DNA of 64,000 bases from Candidatus Dojkabacteria bacterium (GTDB lineage Bacteria > Patescibacteriota > Dojkabacteria > SC72): positions 28,964 to 92,963 of the forward strand of contig DATERJ010000012.1 of assembly GCA_035271645.1 (NCBI GenBank), written 5' to 3'. Position 1 is the first letter of the stretch. The number at the start of each line of letters is the position of its first letter. The position numbers and the translations under genes are program-made. Below, piece after piece: positions 19,488 to 28,397 of the stretch. The notes beneath the pieces are model-generated. The model was not told the origin of the DNA. It saw nothing but the letters and a program-made list of their open reading frames with translations, and made no database searches.

Positions 19488-22031
19488 ATGGAGAGTGAGA
19501 GTAAGAAAACAACACCAGTATACTTTTTTGATGACTATTCAGCCAAAGAATTAAATGAAAACAAGGTTGGACGAAAAGGTCTAAGTCTTTTCAAACTTAA
19601 GGATATGGATGTACCTGTTCCAGAGTTTTTTGTGATTTCTACTGATACTTTCGTAGATTTCATGGTAAAGGCTTTTAAGGATGGGAAGGATAGGATTTTA
19701 GCGAAGGGAAGAAATCCAGAGAACAAAGAGGTTGAGGATATGCTTCTAAAAACAGAGTTCCCAAAGGAAGTATTAGATGAAATACTCTCGGCATATACAA
19801 GACTCTCTGGCTTTACTGATGCGTGGGTTTCTGTAAGGTCGTCTGTTTGTTTTACAGCAGATAAGGATGTTTCTTTTAGTGGTATATTTTCTACAGAATT
19901 GAATGTTAGAAAATATGATGAATTAGTCCAGTCGATTAAGAGAATATATGCATCGATGTTTAGCGATGATGTTGTAGCATATGCAGGTAGGATGAATATT
20001 GATTTGGCAGATGCAAAGATTGCTGTGGTAGTACAGAAGATGGTTCAGTCAGAAGTTGCAGGTGTGGTATATACTACCGACCCTGTCACTCAGGATAAAA
20101 CAAAGCTTAGTATTGAAGCAGTATATGGTCTGGGAGATGTAATCTCTCTTGGTGAGATAACTCCAGATACATATGTGCTTAACAAAAAAGACCTTTCTAC
20201 TGCAGAGATGTATATATCTCCACAAGAATGGATGAAAGTAAGGACTATGAGGAGAACAGGAAAAGGTACAGTAGGTGTTGAGAAGATAAAGATTTCAAAA
20301 AATTGGAGTCACAAACAGAAACTTCCTGATAGGGATATTCAAGAGATTGCGAAGATATCATTGGTGATAGAAGACAGGGGGAATGAAGCACAGAATATTG
20401 AATGGGTATTATCTGGTGGTCGATTCTGGGTGTTACAGAATAAACCAATTAGATATATCTCACTATCCGATGGGATACTAAAAGAAGGTGTGTATATTGT
20501 AAGGAAGAATGTTAGAGAGGTAATCTTAGGATTCATAGAGAAATACAAGAGTAAGGATGAGATGGTTACCTCTGCAATGACAGAAGCAAAGAAGATTGTT
20601 GAAAAGAACAATGATGAGGAGATAAAGAGACTTGAGAAATTGATAGTAGAGGCAAAGAAAGAGCTTGATAGTAAAGTTGCAGTTCCTGAGGTTAAACAAG
20701 ATGACTTCGTTATCTCAGGTATAGGTGCAAGTTTTGGAAAGGCAACTGGAAAGGTAAGGATTGTGTCTGGAGCTACAGATAAGAAATATACTAAAGATGA
20801 TATTCTTTTGATTAAGAAATATTCTTCAGAGATGGAATCTATGATTCTTTCTTCTGGAGGTATCATTATGGAAACAGGCGGTCTTACAAGTGATACAGCA
20901 ATTCTTTGTAGAGAGTTTAATATCCCAGCAGTAGTAGGTGCTACTGGAGCATCTACTCTGTTGAAAGAAGGTGACAGGGTTAGAATTGATGGTAATGCAG
21001 GGACAATATACAAGAGTGAGAAGTTAGCAACTGAGGAAACAGAGGTACATCCAGTTGTTGATGCATATACAAAGGGAGACCTTACTGGAATGGAGAGTAT
21101 TGAACCTGCTAAGGTAGAAGAAGTTAAAGAAGAGCTTCCACCTAAAGACTTCACCCTACCCCCTTCAGCTACAAGGGTCTTTTCAATGGTTACAGACAGT
21201 AGCAAAAAGATGTTTGAGTTTGTTGGTGATTCTCATGGATTGGTATATATTGATTTAGATAAAATAATGCTTGAAGATGGAAGACATCCACTTCAGTATG
21301 TGGAAGACAAAAAGTTTGTTGATTACACAAAGAAAATTTGTGAGAAAGTTTTGGAATATATTAAACTTGTACAAGGTGATGAAGTAGTTCTAACAATTGG
21401 TTCTAGTAAAGTGAGAGAGTTTAGGTCATTAGTTGGTGGTAAGAAGCAGGAGAATGCATCGGTTTCAGCAGAAGCATTTGGTGCCCAGCACTACATCAAC
21501 AATCCAGAGCTCCTTATCAGAGTTGCAAGGATAGTAAGGAGAATTAGGAATGTACACAAGAAGAGGAATGTTTCCTTAGGGATTCATGCAGTTATGAACG
21601 GTGACTTTATGGTCGAAATCAAAAAACAACTCTCTGGTGAGAACTTAAAGAGAACATCATCATTTAAACTCTATGCAGTACTTGATAACCCATCCGAAAT
21701 TATACTAGCCGATGAAATTGCTAATGCTAGAATAGATGGCATTATCCTCAATATGCCTAGGATTGCTATGCAGATGCAAGGATTTAAGATTGAAGATACT
21801 GATGCACATTACGATTTAGCAAGGCATAGTGTTTTCAAAGTTGTGGATAATCTTCTTGCTGAAGTGAAAGGAAAGCTAAGTCAGGTAATTGTTGTTGCTG
21901 AGGATAGTAAACCACTTCTTAGATATTGTGTAAGAGCTGGAGTGTATGGTGTTGCTGTTCTTCCTGAGGATATCAAAGATGCACGAAAAGCAGCTGCTGA
22001 TGAGGAAGGAAAGATAATCTTAGGAAAATAG
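19488..22031 (+). CDS. PEP synthase (pyruvate,water dikinase)-like protein with degenerate catalytic residues
   Basis: VG.KG.SL, VP..F, VSVRSS, VVVQKMV, AVYGLG..I..GEITPD ATP-grasp motifs; swivel motif GGLTSDTAILCRE..IPAVVG lacks the phospho-His. Confidence 0.8.
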   Translation: MESESKKTTPVYFFDDYSAKELNENKVGRKGLSLFKLKDMDVPVPEFFVISTDTFVDFMVKAFKDGKDRILAKGRNPENKEVEDMLLKTEFPKEVLDEILSAYTRLSGFTDAWVSVRSSVCFTADKDVSFSGIFSTELNVRKYDELVQSIKRIYASMFSDDVVAYAGRMNIDLADAKIAVVVQKMVQSEVAGVVYTTDPVTQDKTKLSIEAVYGLGDVISLGEITPDTYVLNKKDLSTAEMYISPQEWMKVRTMRRTGKGTVGVEKIKISKNWSHKQKLPDRDIQEIAKISLVIEDRGNEAQNIEWVLSGGRFWVLQNKPIRYISLSDGILKEGVYIVRKNVREVILGFIEKYKSKDEMVTSAMTEAKKIVEKNNDEEIKRLEKLIVEAKKELDSKVAVPEVKQDDFVISGIGASFGKATGKVRIVSGATDKKYTKDDILLIKKYSSEMESMILSSGGIIMETGGLTSDTAILCREFNIPAVVGATGASTLLKEGDRVRIDGNAGTIYKSEKLATEETEVHPVVDAYTKGDLTGMESIEPAKVEEVKEELPPKDFTLPPSATRVFSMVTDSSKKMFEFVGDSHGLVYIDLDKIMLEDGRHPLQYVEDKKFVDYTKKICEKVLEYIKLVQGDEVVLTIGSSKVREFRSLVGGKKQENASVSAEAFGAQHYINNPELLIRVARIVRRIRNVHKKRNVSLGIHAVMNGDFMVEIKKQLSGENLKRTSSFKLYAVLDNPSEIILADEIANARIDGIILNMPRIAMQMQGFKIEDTDAHYDLARHSVFKVVDNLLAEVKGKLSQVIVVAEDSKPLLRYCVRAGVYGVAVLPEDIKDARKAAADEEGKIILGK

Positions 22032-22071
22032 TGGCTAGTTAATACATCTTCTTCTGTGATATACTTTCCAC

Positions 22072-24675
22072 ATGGATAGTACTCCGATGATGAGACAATA
22101 TTGGGGTTTTAAGAGACAATACCCTGATAAAATACTGCTTTACAGAATGGGTGATTTCTTTGAGACCTTTGGTGATGATGCAAAGATTACATCTAAAGTT
22201 TTAAATATTACTCTTACTAAAAGAAACAAAGAGAAAGATGCAATTGCTCTTGCGGGTTTTCCACATAAAGCGTTGGATCAATACCTTCCGAAACTGATAG
22301 AGTCAGGATACTCTGTTGTAATTGTAGACCAACTTGAGGATCCAAAGTTGGCTAAAGGAATTGTAAAAAGAGGAGTAACTCGAATTGTTACACCCGGTAC
22401 TGTTGATGGAGAACAAGCAAGTGCAATTAAAGATTCATATCTAGCTGCATTCTTTTTTGAAGGGAAAAATAGATATTGTTCCTTGGTTGATCTGTCTACT
22501 GGGAAGTTTTTAACACTCTCCCCTAGCCCATCTAAGGGATATGTAAACAATATTCTTTCTGCGTATGAACCTGTTGAAATTCTTCTTCTTGAAGGTGAAC
22601 AGAGTGAGGAGTTAGGAAATTCTCTTGTACATTTTGTAGAGAAAGGTTTGAGGAATTTGAAATATTCACAAGAGGTTGTTCAGGATTTTTACAATGTAAA
22701 AAGTATTAATTCTTTAGGAATAGAAGATGATTCTGCTGAAGTAGTTCCAGTAGCTATGTTAATTAAATATATTGAGGAAACACAGTTAATGAACCCTCAG
22801 CATATTCTGAAGCCTCAGAAGATTTCATTAAACAGTACCATGGTTTTAGATAGGGCTACAATTCGAAACTTAGAGATAATTAACAATTCATATACGGGTG
22901 GTATAGAGAATTCGCTTTTCTCTGTCTTGAACAAAACATGTACAAGAATGGGTACTAGATTACTCTACTCTTGGCTTCTTAATCCATTGATTGTTAAAAA
23001 GGAAATAGACCATAGATTAAATGTTACAGATAAATTTTTTCAAAATGAGAGTGTTTTAAGAGATGTAAGAGAGAAATTAGAAGGAATTAATGACATTGAG
23101 AGGGTTGTAGGTAAGATTGGGCTTAACAGAGTAACACCTAGGGATATAAAGGGACTGCAAGGATCGTTAATAAATTCTGATGAAATCCTTGAGATTCTCA
23201 AGAAAGATTTGAATATTAAATATGAAAAGTTAGATAGAAAATTCTTCACCAAGTTAGCAGAGAAGATAGAGGAAACGATTGCTGATGACCCTCCGATAAC
23301 AATTATGGAAGGAGGGATAATTAAAACAGGATTTAACAAAGAGGTAGATGAGTTAAGAACACTCTCTGGAGATAGTAAAGATTGGTTGAAAGAATTAGAA
23401 GAGAAAGAAAGAAAGGAAACAGGTATTCCTTCATTGAAAATAGGATTTAATAATGTGTTTGGATATTACATAGATGTTACAAAAGCACATCAGGAGAAAG
23501 TACCAGATAGGTATATTCGTAAACAGACATTAGTTAATTCAGAGAGATATATAACAGAAGAACTAAAGGAGAAAGAAGAGATAATCTTAAATGCTCGTGA
23601 TAATCTTAGTGCACTTGAGTATCAATTGTTTAATGAATTTAGAGAATCGCTCCTACCTAATCTTGGAAAACTTCAAGAGTTATCTAAGGTAATAGCCGAG
23701 ATAGATGTTCTTTCCAACTTTGCACATGTTGCAATTGAAAACTCATATTGCAAACCAGATATCTTTGAGATTGGTGAGAATGATGGATTGATTGAAATAG
23801 AGAAAGGTAGGCATCCGATAATTGAATCAATAGCTGATGAGGAATTCATATCAAATGATACTAAGATGTCTTTTAAAGAAGGTTGTATGTCTATTCTCAC
23901 AGGTCCTAATATGGCTGGTAAGTCAACATATATTCGTCAGGTTGCTACAATTGTTCTCATGGCACAGATTGGGTCTTTTGTTTCAGCAGAGAGTGCAAGT
24001 ATATCCTTGGTTGATCGAATATTTACAAGGGTTGGAGCATCAGATGATTTAGCAAGAGGAAGAAGTACTTTCATGGTAGAGATGGATGAGGCTGCTAATA
24101 TTGTAAACAATGCGACTAAGTATAGTTTGATAGTTCTTGATGAGGTTGGAAGAGGAACAAGTACATATGATGGTGTCAGTATTGCTTGGTCTTTAGCAGA
24201 ATATATTCTTAAAGAAGTTAAAGCTAGGACAATGTTTGCAACTCACTATCATGAACTTCTCAAACTTTCTGAAAAATATCCAGATAGTGTAAGGAATTAC
24301 AATGTTCTTGTTGAAGAAGATTTGGAGAAAGGAGTTGTAATTTTCCTAAGAAAGATTGTACAGGGTGGTACAGATAGAAGCTATGGAATCTATGTTGCTA
24401 AGATGGCAGGACTTCCCGAGAAGGTTGTAAAGAGAGCAAATGAGATACTAGAGAGCTTTGAGCAGAAGAATATGTTTACTGGAAAGTCTAGTGTAAGGGA
24501 GATTTCTTTTACAGCAAAGAGCAAGCAGGAGAAAGCTCGTTTAACTGCAATGCAGTATCCTCTCTTCTCTGCAAAGGATTCTGAAATTGAGAAAGAAATT
24601 CAAGGTATCGATACTGATAATCTTACTCCTCTTGAGGCACTTAAAAAGATTGTTGAGTGGAAAAAGAAAGTCTAG
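22072..24675 (+). CDS. mutS: DNA mismatch repair protein MutS
   Basis: TPMMRQY, GDFFE, TGPNMAGKSTY, STFMVEM, DEVGRGTST, ATHYHEL, SYGI.VA. Confidence 0.98.
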   Translation: MDSTPMMRQYWGFKRQYPDKILLYRMGDFFETFGDDAKITSKVLNITLTKRNKEKDAIALAGFPHKALDQYLPKLIESGYSVVIVDQLEDPKLAKGIVKRGVTRIVTPGTVDGEQASAIKDSYLAAFFFEGKNRYCSLVDLSTGKFLTLSPSPSKGYVNNILSAYEPVEILLLEGEQSEELGNSLVHFVEKGLRNLKYSQEVVQDFYNVKSINSLGIEDDSAEVVPVAMLIKYIEETQLMNPQHILKPQKISLNSTMVLDRATIRNLEIINNSYTGGIENSLFSVLNKTCTRMGTRLLYSWLLNPLIVKKEIDHRLNVTDKFFQNESVLRDVREKLEGINDIERVVGKIGLNRVTPRDIKGLQGSLINSDEILEILKKDLNIKYEKLDRKFFTKLAEKIEETIADDPPITIMEGGIIKTGFNKEVDELRTLSGDSKDWLKELEEKERKETGIPSLKIGFNNVFGYYIDVTKAHQEKVPDRYIRKQTLVNSERYITEELKEKEEIILNARDNLSALEYQLFNEFRESLLPNLGKLQELSKVIAEIDVLSNFAHVAIENSYCKPDIFEIGENDGLIEIEKGRHPIIESIADEEFISNDTKMSFKEGCMSILTGPNMAGKSTYIRQVATIVLMAQIGSFVSAESASISLVDRIFTRVGASDDLARGRSTFMVEMDEAANIVNNATKYSLIVLDEVGRGTSTYDGVSIAWSLAEYILKEVKARTMFATHYHELLKLSEKYPDSVRNYNVLVEEDLEKGVVIFLRKIVQGGTDRSYGIYVAKMAGLPEKVVKRANEILESFEQKNMFTGKSSVREISFTAKSKQEKARLTAMQYPLFSAKDSEIEKEIQGIDTDNLTPLEALKKIVEWKKKV

Positions 24676-25266
24676 CTAGACTGAGATGTAGTACCCGTGG
24701 TTGTATCTATTTCCAATGATTTTAATTCCAGTACCCTTCTTGGTTTTCTTGTTAATTCTAGAGATTGTACTTTTTGTTGAAGGATTCTCAATCTTACAAT
24801 ATGGTGATTCTCTCCTAATGATGTCTTCAAATGTTTTTAATTCTTGGCTTGTGAGAAGGACTTTGCAATTGTTGTATATTATTGCAGATTTATCTCTACA
24901 TATTGTAATTCCTTTGTACTTGTACTCCTTGCTTGTTACTTCAAGGTGACCTAGGTACTTTTTAATTAGACAGAAAAGCCAAAACTTAAATTCAGGTAGT
25001 GTGAGTATATGGTCTACTCCTTCGGCAGAAAGCTTCTCTATCTCTTGTCTGGATATTTTGTTGATAATGCAAATAATTTTACAATTCCATTTTACATCTG
25101 TAGGTATCTCTCTTCCATCGCGTTTGTCAATGATAATCAAATCTGCAGATCTGGAATCATTGTTGTTTACAGAAATCTCTGTTGAACTAAAAGTTCTTCT
25201 TAGTTCGTTAATTAGGTCTCTGTCCTTGCTTTTAATTAGTAATTTTTTTGAATATCTATCTGTCAT
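24676..25266 (-). CDS. Degenerate response-regulator-like protein (receiver + winged helix)
   Basis: DLIIID, GVDHIL.LP, LT.QE, ISRI.KK, GYY pattern of the OmpR family; canonical receiver residues only partly kept. Confidence 0.6.
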   Translation of the reverse strand: MTDRYSKKLLIKSKDRDLINELRRTFSSTEISVNNNDSRSADLIIIDKRDGREIPTDVKWNCKIICIINKISRQEIEKLSAEGVDHILTLPEFKFWLFCLIKKYLGHLEVTSKEYKYKGITICRDKSAIIYNNCKVLLTSQELKTFEDIIRRESPYCKIENPSTKSTISRINKKTKKGTGIKIIGNRYNHGYYISV

Positions 25267-25412
25267 ACTTAAATGATACAGGAGAGTTATTACAAAATTG
25301 TTACTTTTAATAATTTTAGGAAATAATGTTTCGGATTCGATTTTGTTCGTTACATATGGGTTATATTGTATGTATTGAAATTGCAGTGCTAAATAGGTTA
25401 ATATATTAAAGT

Positions 25413-28397
25413 ATGAAATATAGTGTAGGTTTTTCAGACAGTAGAAGAAGAAATGTAAGGAGTGCGGGAGGGAAGAGCTCTTTGGGACAGTCGTTTAGGT
25501 CTGGGAAGTTTGGGTTTGATAAGTATAAGAATGTAAAGAAGTATGCTTCTAGGAATTTGGGGAGTAAAACGGCTAGACATAGCAGTAAAAAGAGACCTAA
25601 AGACAAGAAAAAGCTTAAGAAGATATTCTTTGTGGGTTTAGGAGTTCTGTTCTTCATGGGGTGTATAGGTTTAGTAGTTTTAGGAATCTATTTAAAGAAA
25701 TTAGGTGATTCACTCCCATCTCCAAATGAGCTAATTTCAAGAAGTTCTGATCAGAGTACACAGATTTTAGATAGGAAGGGTAATGTCCTCTATACCGTAT
25801 ATGGTGATGAGAACAGAGAATTTGTTTCTATTGATAAGATTCCAGAACATACAAGAAAAGCTGTGTTAGCTGCAGAGGATGCGGAGTTCTATCAGCATAA
25901 AGGGATTGATTTGGTTGGTATTGCCAGAGCAGTAATTCAAAATATTAGAGGAAGAAGAGTTGTTAGTGGTGCTAGTACCCTTACTCAGCAGTTGGTAAAA
26001 AAGACATTGCTCTATGATATCTTGGGTGAAGAGGCTAATGAGAGAACAATTGCAAGAAAGGTGAAAGAGGTGCTAATAACAATGCAGGTGGAACAAACAT
26101 TCACAAAGGATGAGATCTTACAGATGTATATGAATGAAATTCCTTTGGGAGGTGTGAACTATGGATTTCAAGCTGCGGCACATTCATATTTTGGTAAAGA
26201 TGTAAGCGAGCTTACTCTTGCAGAGAGTGCTATGTTGGCCGGTATTATTCAAGCTCCTGGTGTGTACTCTCCTCTTTATGGTAGAGATGCAGAGAGTGGT
26301 AAAGTAAGGCAGAAGTATGTTCTAGACCAATTAGAGTCAAAGGAGCGATTGTTTGGTATTTCTAAAGAGGAGATAGATAAAGCACGAGAGGAAGAGTTAG
26401 TATACAAGCCTTCTAGGATTGATATCAAAGCGCCACATTTTGTCTTTTATGTCAAAGCAGAACTAGAGGAAGAATTTGGCGTGGATGTTGTAGAGAAAGG
26501 TGGACTTAAGGTAACGACAACTCTAGACCCTACTCTTCAGAGTATTGCGGAGGAGGAGATTACTAAGGGGGTTGAGAGAGCTGCGAAGCGATACAATGCT
26601 AATAATGGTGCTATGGTTGTAATTAACCCTAAGAATGGGCAGTTACTTTCTATGGTTGGTTCAGTTGACTACTGGAAGACTGATGACCCTAGGGTTGATG
26701 GGAATGTAAATATTACGACTAGTTATAGACAGATGGGTTCTGCAGTTAAGCCATTCGTGTATTTGAGCTCGATTATAAACAGAGGGACTGGTCCATGGAC
26801 AGTAACCCCTGATATCAACAATGTTGCTTTTGGAAGGTACAAACCAACAAACTGGGATAATAGGTATTATGGTTTAATAACTTCTAGGAAGGCATTAGTT
26901 GAGTCAAGAAATATTCCTGCGGTGTATACATTGCAAATGGGTGGGATTGACAATTTCCTTCAGCTTATGCAGAGGCTTGGTGTGTCTGGGATGGAGAATA
27001 AGGCAGATTATGGTTTAAGTATTGCTTTGGGTTCGGCAGAGATGCGAATGACTGAATTTGCGAATGCTTTTGCCACTTTAGCTAATGGTGGTGTTAAACA
27101 TGATTTGGTGTCCATTTTGAAGGTGGAGAATGCTAAGGGAGAGGTGCTTAAGGAGTACAAGGATAATGAAGGTCAGAGGGTTGTAGATGAAAAGGAGGCT
27201 TATCTTGTCAACTGGATGATTTGTGATTTGCAGAGATTTAATGACAGACCTGATAATAGATATTATACAGTCAAAGGAAGGAAGCTTTGTGGAAAGACAG
27301 GTACAACAAATGGGCCTAAGGATCTTTTAACCTTCCTTTACAATCAGAGTATCGTTGTAGGTGTTTGGAATGGGAATAACAACAATATTGTAATGCCAAG
27401 AGCATGGGCCACAACAGTCTCTCTGCCTCTTGCACATTCTTTCTTGCAGAGAGTAATTGATTCGTATGGAGAGTTCAACTTTAATAGACCTGCTGGTATT
27501 ATGACTACAAGTGTTTGTAAAGATACTGGAGCAACTCCTGCTGATGGAGTTGAGTGTAATAAGGAGGCTTCAATATATATCTCTGGTAGGTCTCCACAAG
27601 TTGATGATAGAAAGGCAATTGAGGTGTGTACTGCTGATGGAACGATTCCTACAAACTTAGAGGTTGCTAAACAGTATGGTTTAACAACAACTAAGATACT
27701 TTTGTCAACAAAACTAGAGAATCCAATGCAGGAAGATGCGTATCGTGCCTACCTTAATGCTAGTGAGAAATATCTTTTTGAGATGCCAGAGAGTAAGGTT
27801 TGTTTACCTCCATTAGGTCCAGATGGTGCACCTTTAGTAGATATTGCTTCTCCTACAGCAGGACAAGCTTTTTCGACAGGACAGAATATTGAGATAAAAG
27901 GAAGTGTAGTAGCACAGGGAGGTTTGAGTGCTTTTAGTATAACGGTTGGTGGGCAGATAGTTCCTGGAGTTGATCAGAGTTCTGTGAGGGCTGATGGGAC
28001 TTACATAATCAACTATGTTGTTCCTGGTAGTATGAATGGTAGTAAGGCGATTGTTGTTAGTGCAAAGGATATTGCTGGGAAAGTCGGGAGTAAGAGTGTT
28101 AATATTACCTTGGGTAACTCTGTTCCATCATCTTCACTTGAAATTATTCAACCAACCGATGGTAGTACTGTAGCTACTAATACACAGATAATTGTTGAAA
28201 TTGTTGGAGAGGCGATATCAGGGGTAAGTATAACAATTGGAAATGGAGGTATATCCACAGCACCTCAGAAGATTGGGGAGAAAAGGTGGGCAATTACGAT
28301 TCCTGCAACAATGGCTCCAGGTCCGTATAAAATCAAAGCTTCCGCCCTTGTTGATGGTAAGACATTGGAGAAATCAATAAATGTTAAAGTTAAATAA
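25413..28397 (+). CDS. Class A penicillin-binding protein (PBP1A-like) with C-terminal Ig-like domains
   Basis: Transglycosylase EDAEF..H.G, GASTLTQQLVK, RKVKE; transpeptidase SAVK, SRN, KTGT. Confidence 0.95.
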   Translation: MKYSVGFSDSRRRNVRSAGGKSSLGQSFRSGKFGFDKYKNVKKYASRNLGSKTARHSSKKRPKDKKKLKKIFFVGLGVLFFMGCIGLVVLGIYLKKLGDSLPSPNELISRSSDQSTQILDRKGNVLYTVYGDENREFVSIDKIPEHTRKAVLAAEDAEFYQHKGIDLVGIARAVIQNIRGRRVVSGASTLTQQLVKKTLLYDILGEEANERTIARKVKEVLITMQVEQTFTKDEILQMYMNEIPLGGVNYGFQAAAHSYFGKDVSELTLAESAMLAGIIQAPGVYSPLYGRDAESGKVRQKYVLDQLESKERLFGISKEEIDKAREEELVYKPSRIDIKAPHFVFYVKAELEEEFGVDVVEKGGLKVTTTLDPTLQSIAEEEITKGVERAAKRYNANNGAMVVINPKNGQLLSMVGSVDYWKTDDPRVDGNVNITTSYRQMGSAVKPFVYLSSIINRGTGPWTVTPDINNVAFGRYKPTNWDNRYYGLITSRKALVESRNIPAVYTLQMGGIDNFLQLMQRLGVSGMENKADYGLSIALGSAEMRMTEFANAFATLANGGVKHDLVSILKVENAKGEVLKEYKDNEGQRVVDEKEAYLVNWMICDLQRFNDRPDNRYYTVKGRKLCGKTGTTNGPKDLLTFLYNQSIVVGVWNGNNNNIVMPRAWATTVSLPLAHSFLQRVIDSYGEFNFNRPAGIMTTSVCKDTGATPADGVECNKEASIYISGRSPQVDDRKAIEVCTADGTIPTNLEVAKQYGLTTTKILLSTKLENPMQEDAYRAYLNASEKYLFEMPESKVCLPPLGPDGAPLVDIASPTAGQAFSTGQNIEIKGSVVAQGGLSAFSITVGGQIVPGVDQSSVRADGTYIINYVVPGSMNGSKAIVVSAKDIAGKVGSKSVNITLGNSVPSSSLEIIQPTDGSTVATNTQIIVEIVGEAISGVSITIGNGGISTAPQKIGEKRWAITIPATMAPGPYKIKASALVDGKTLEKSINVKVK

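Noticed and set aside
18273-21205. Long antisense ORFs (18273..19178, 20339..21205) and similar shadow ORFs elsewhere
   Set aside because: Mirror frames of well-supported genes, with no recognisable motifs
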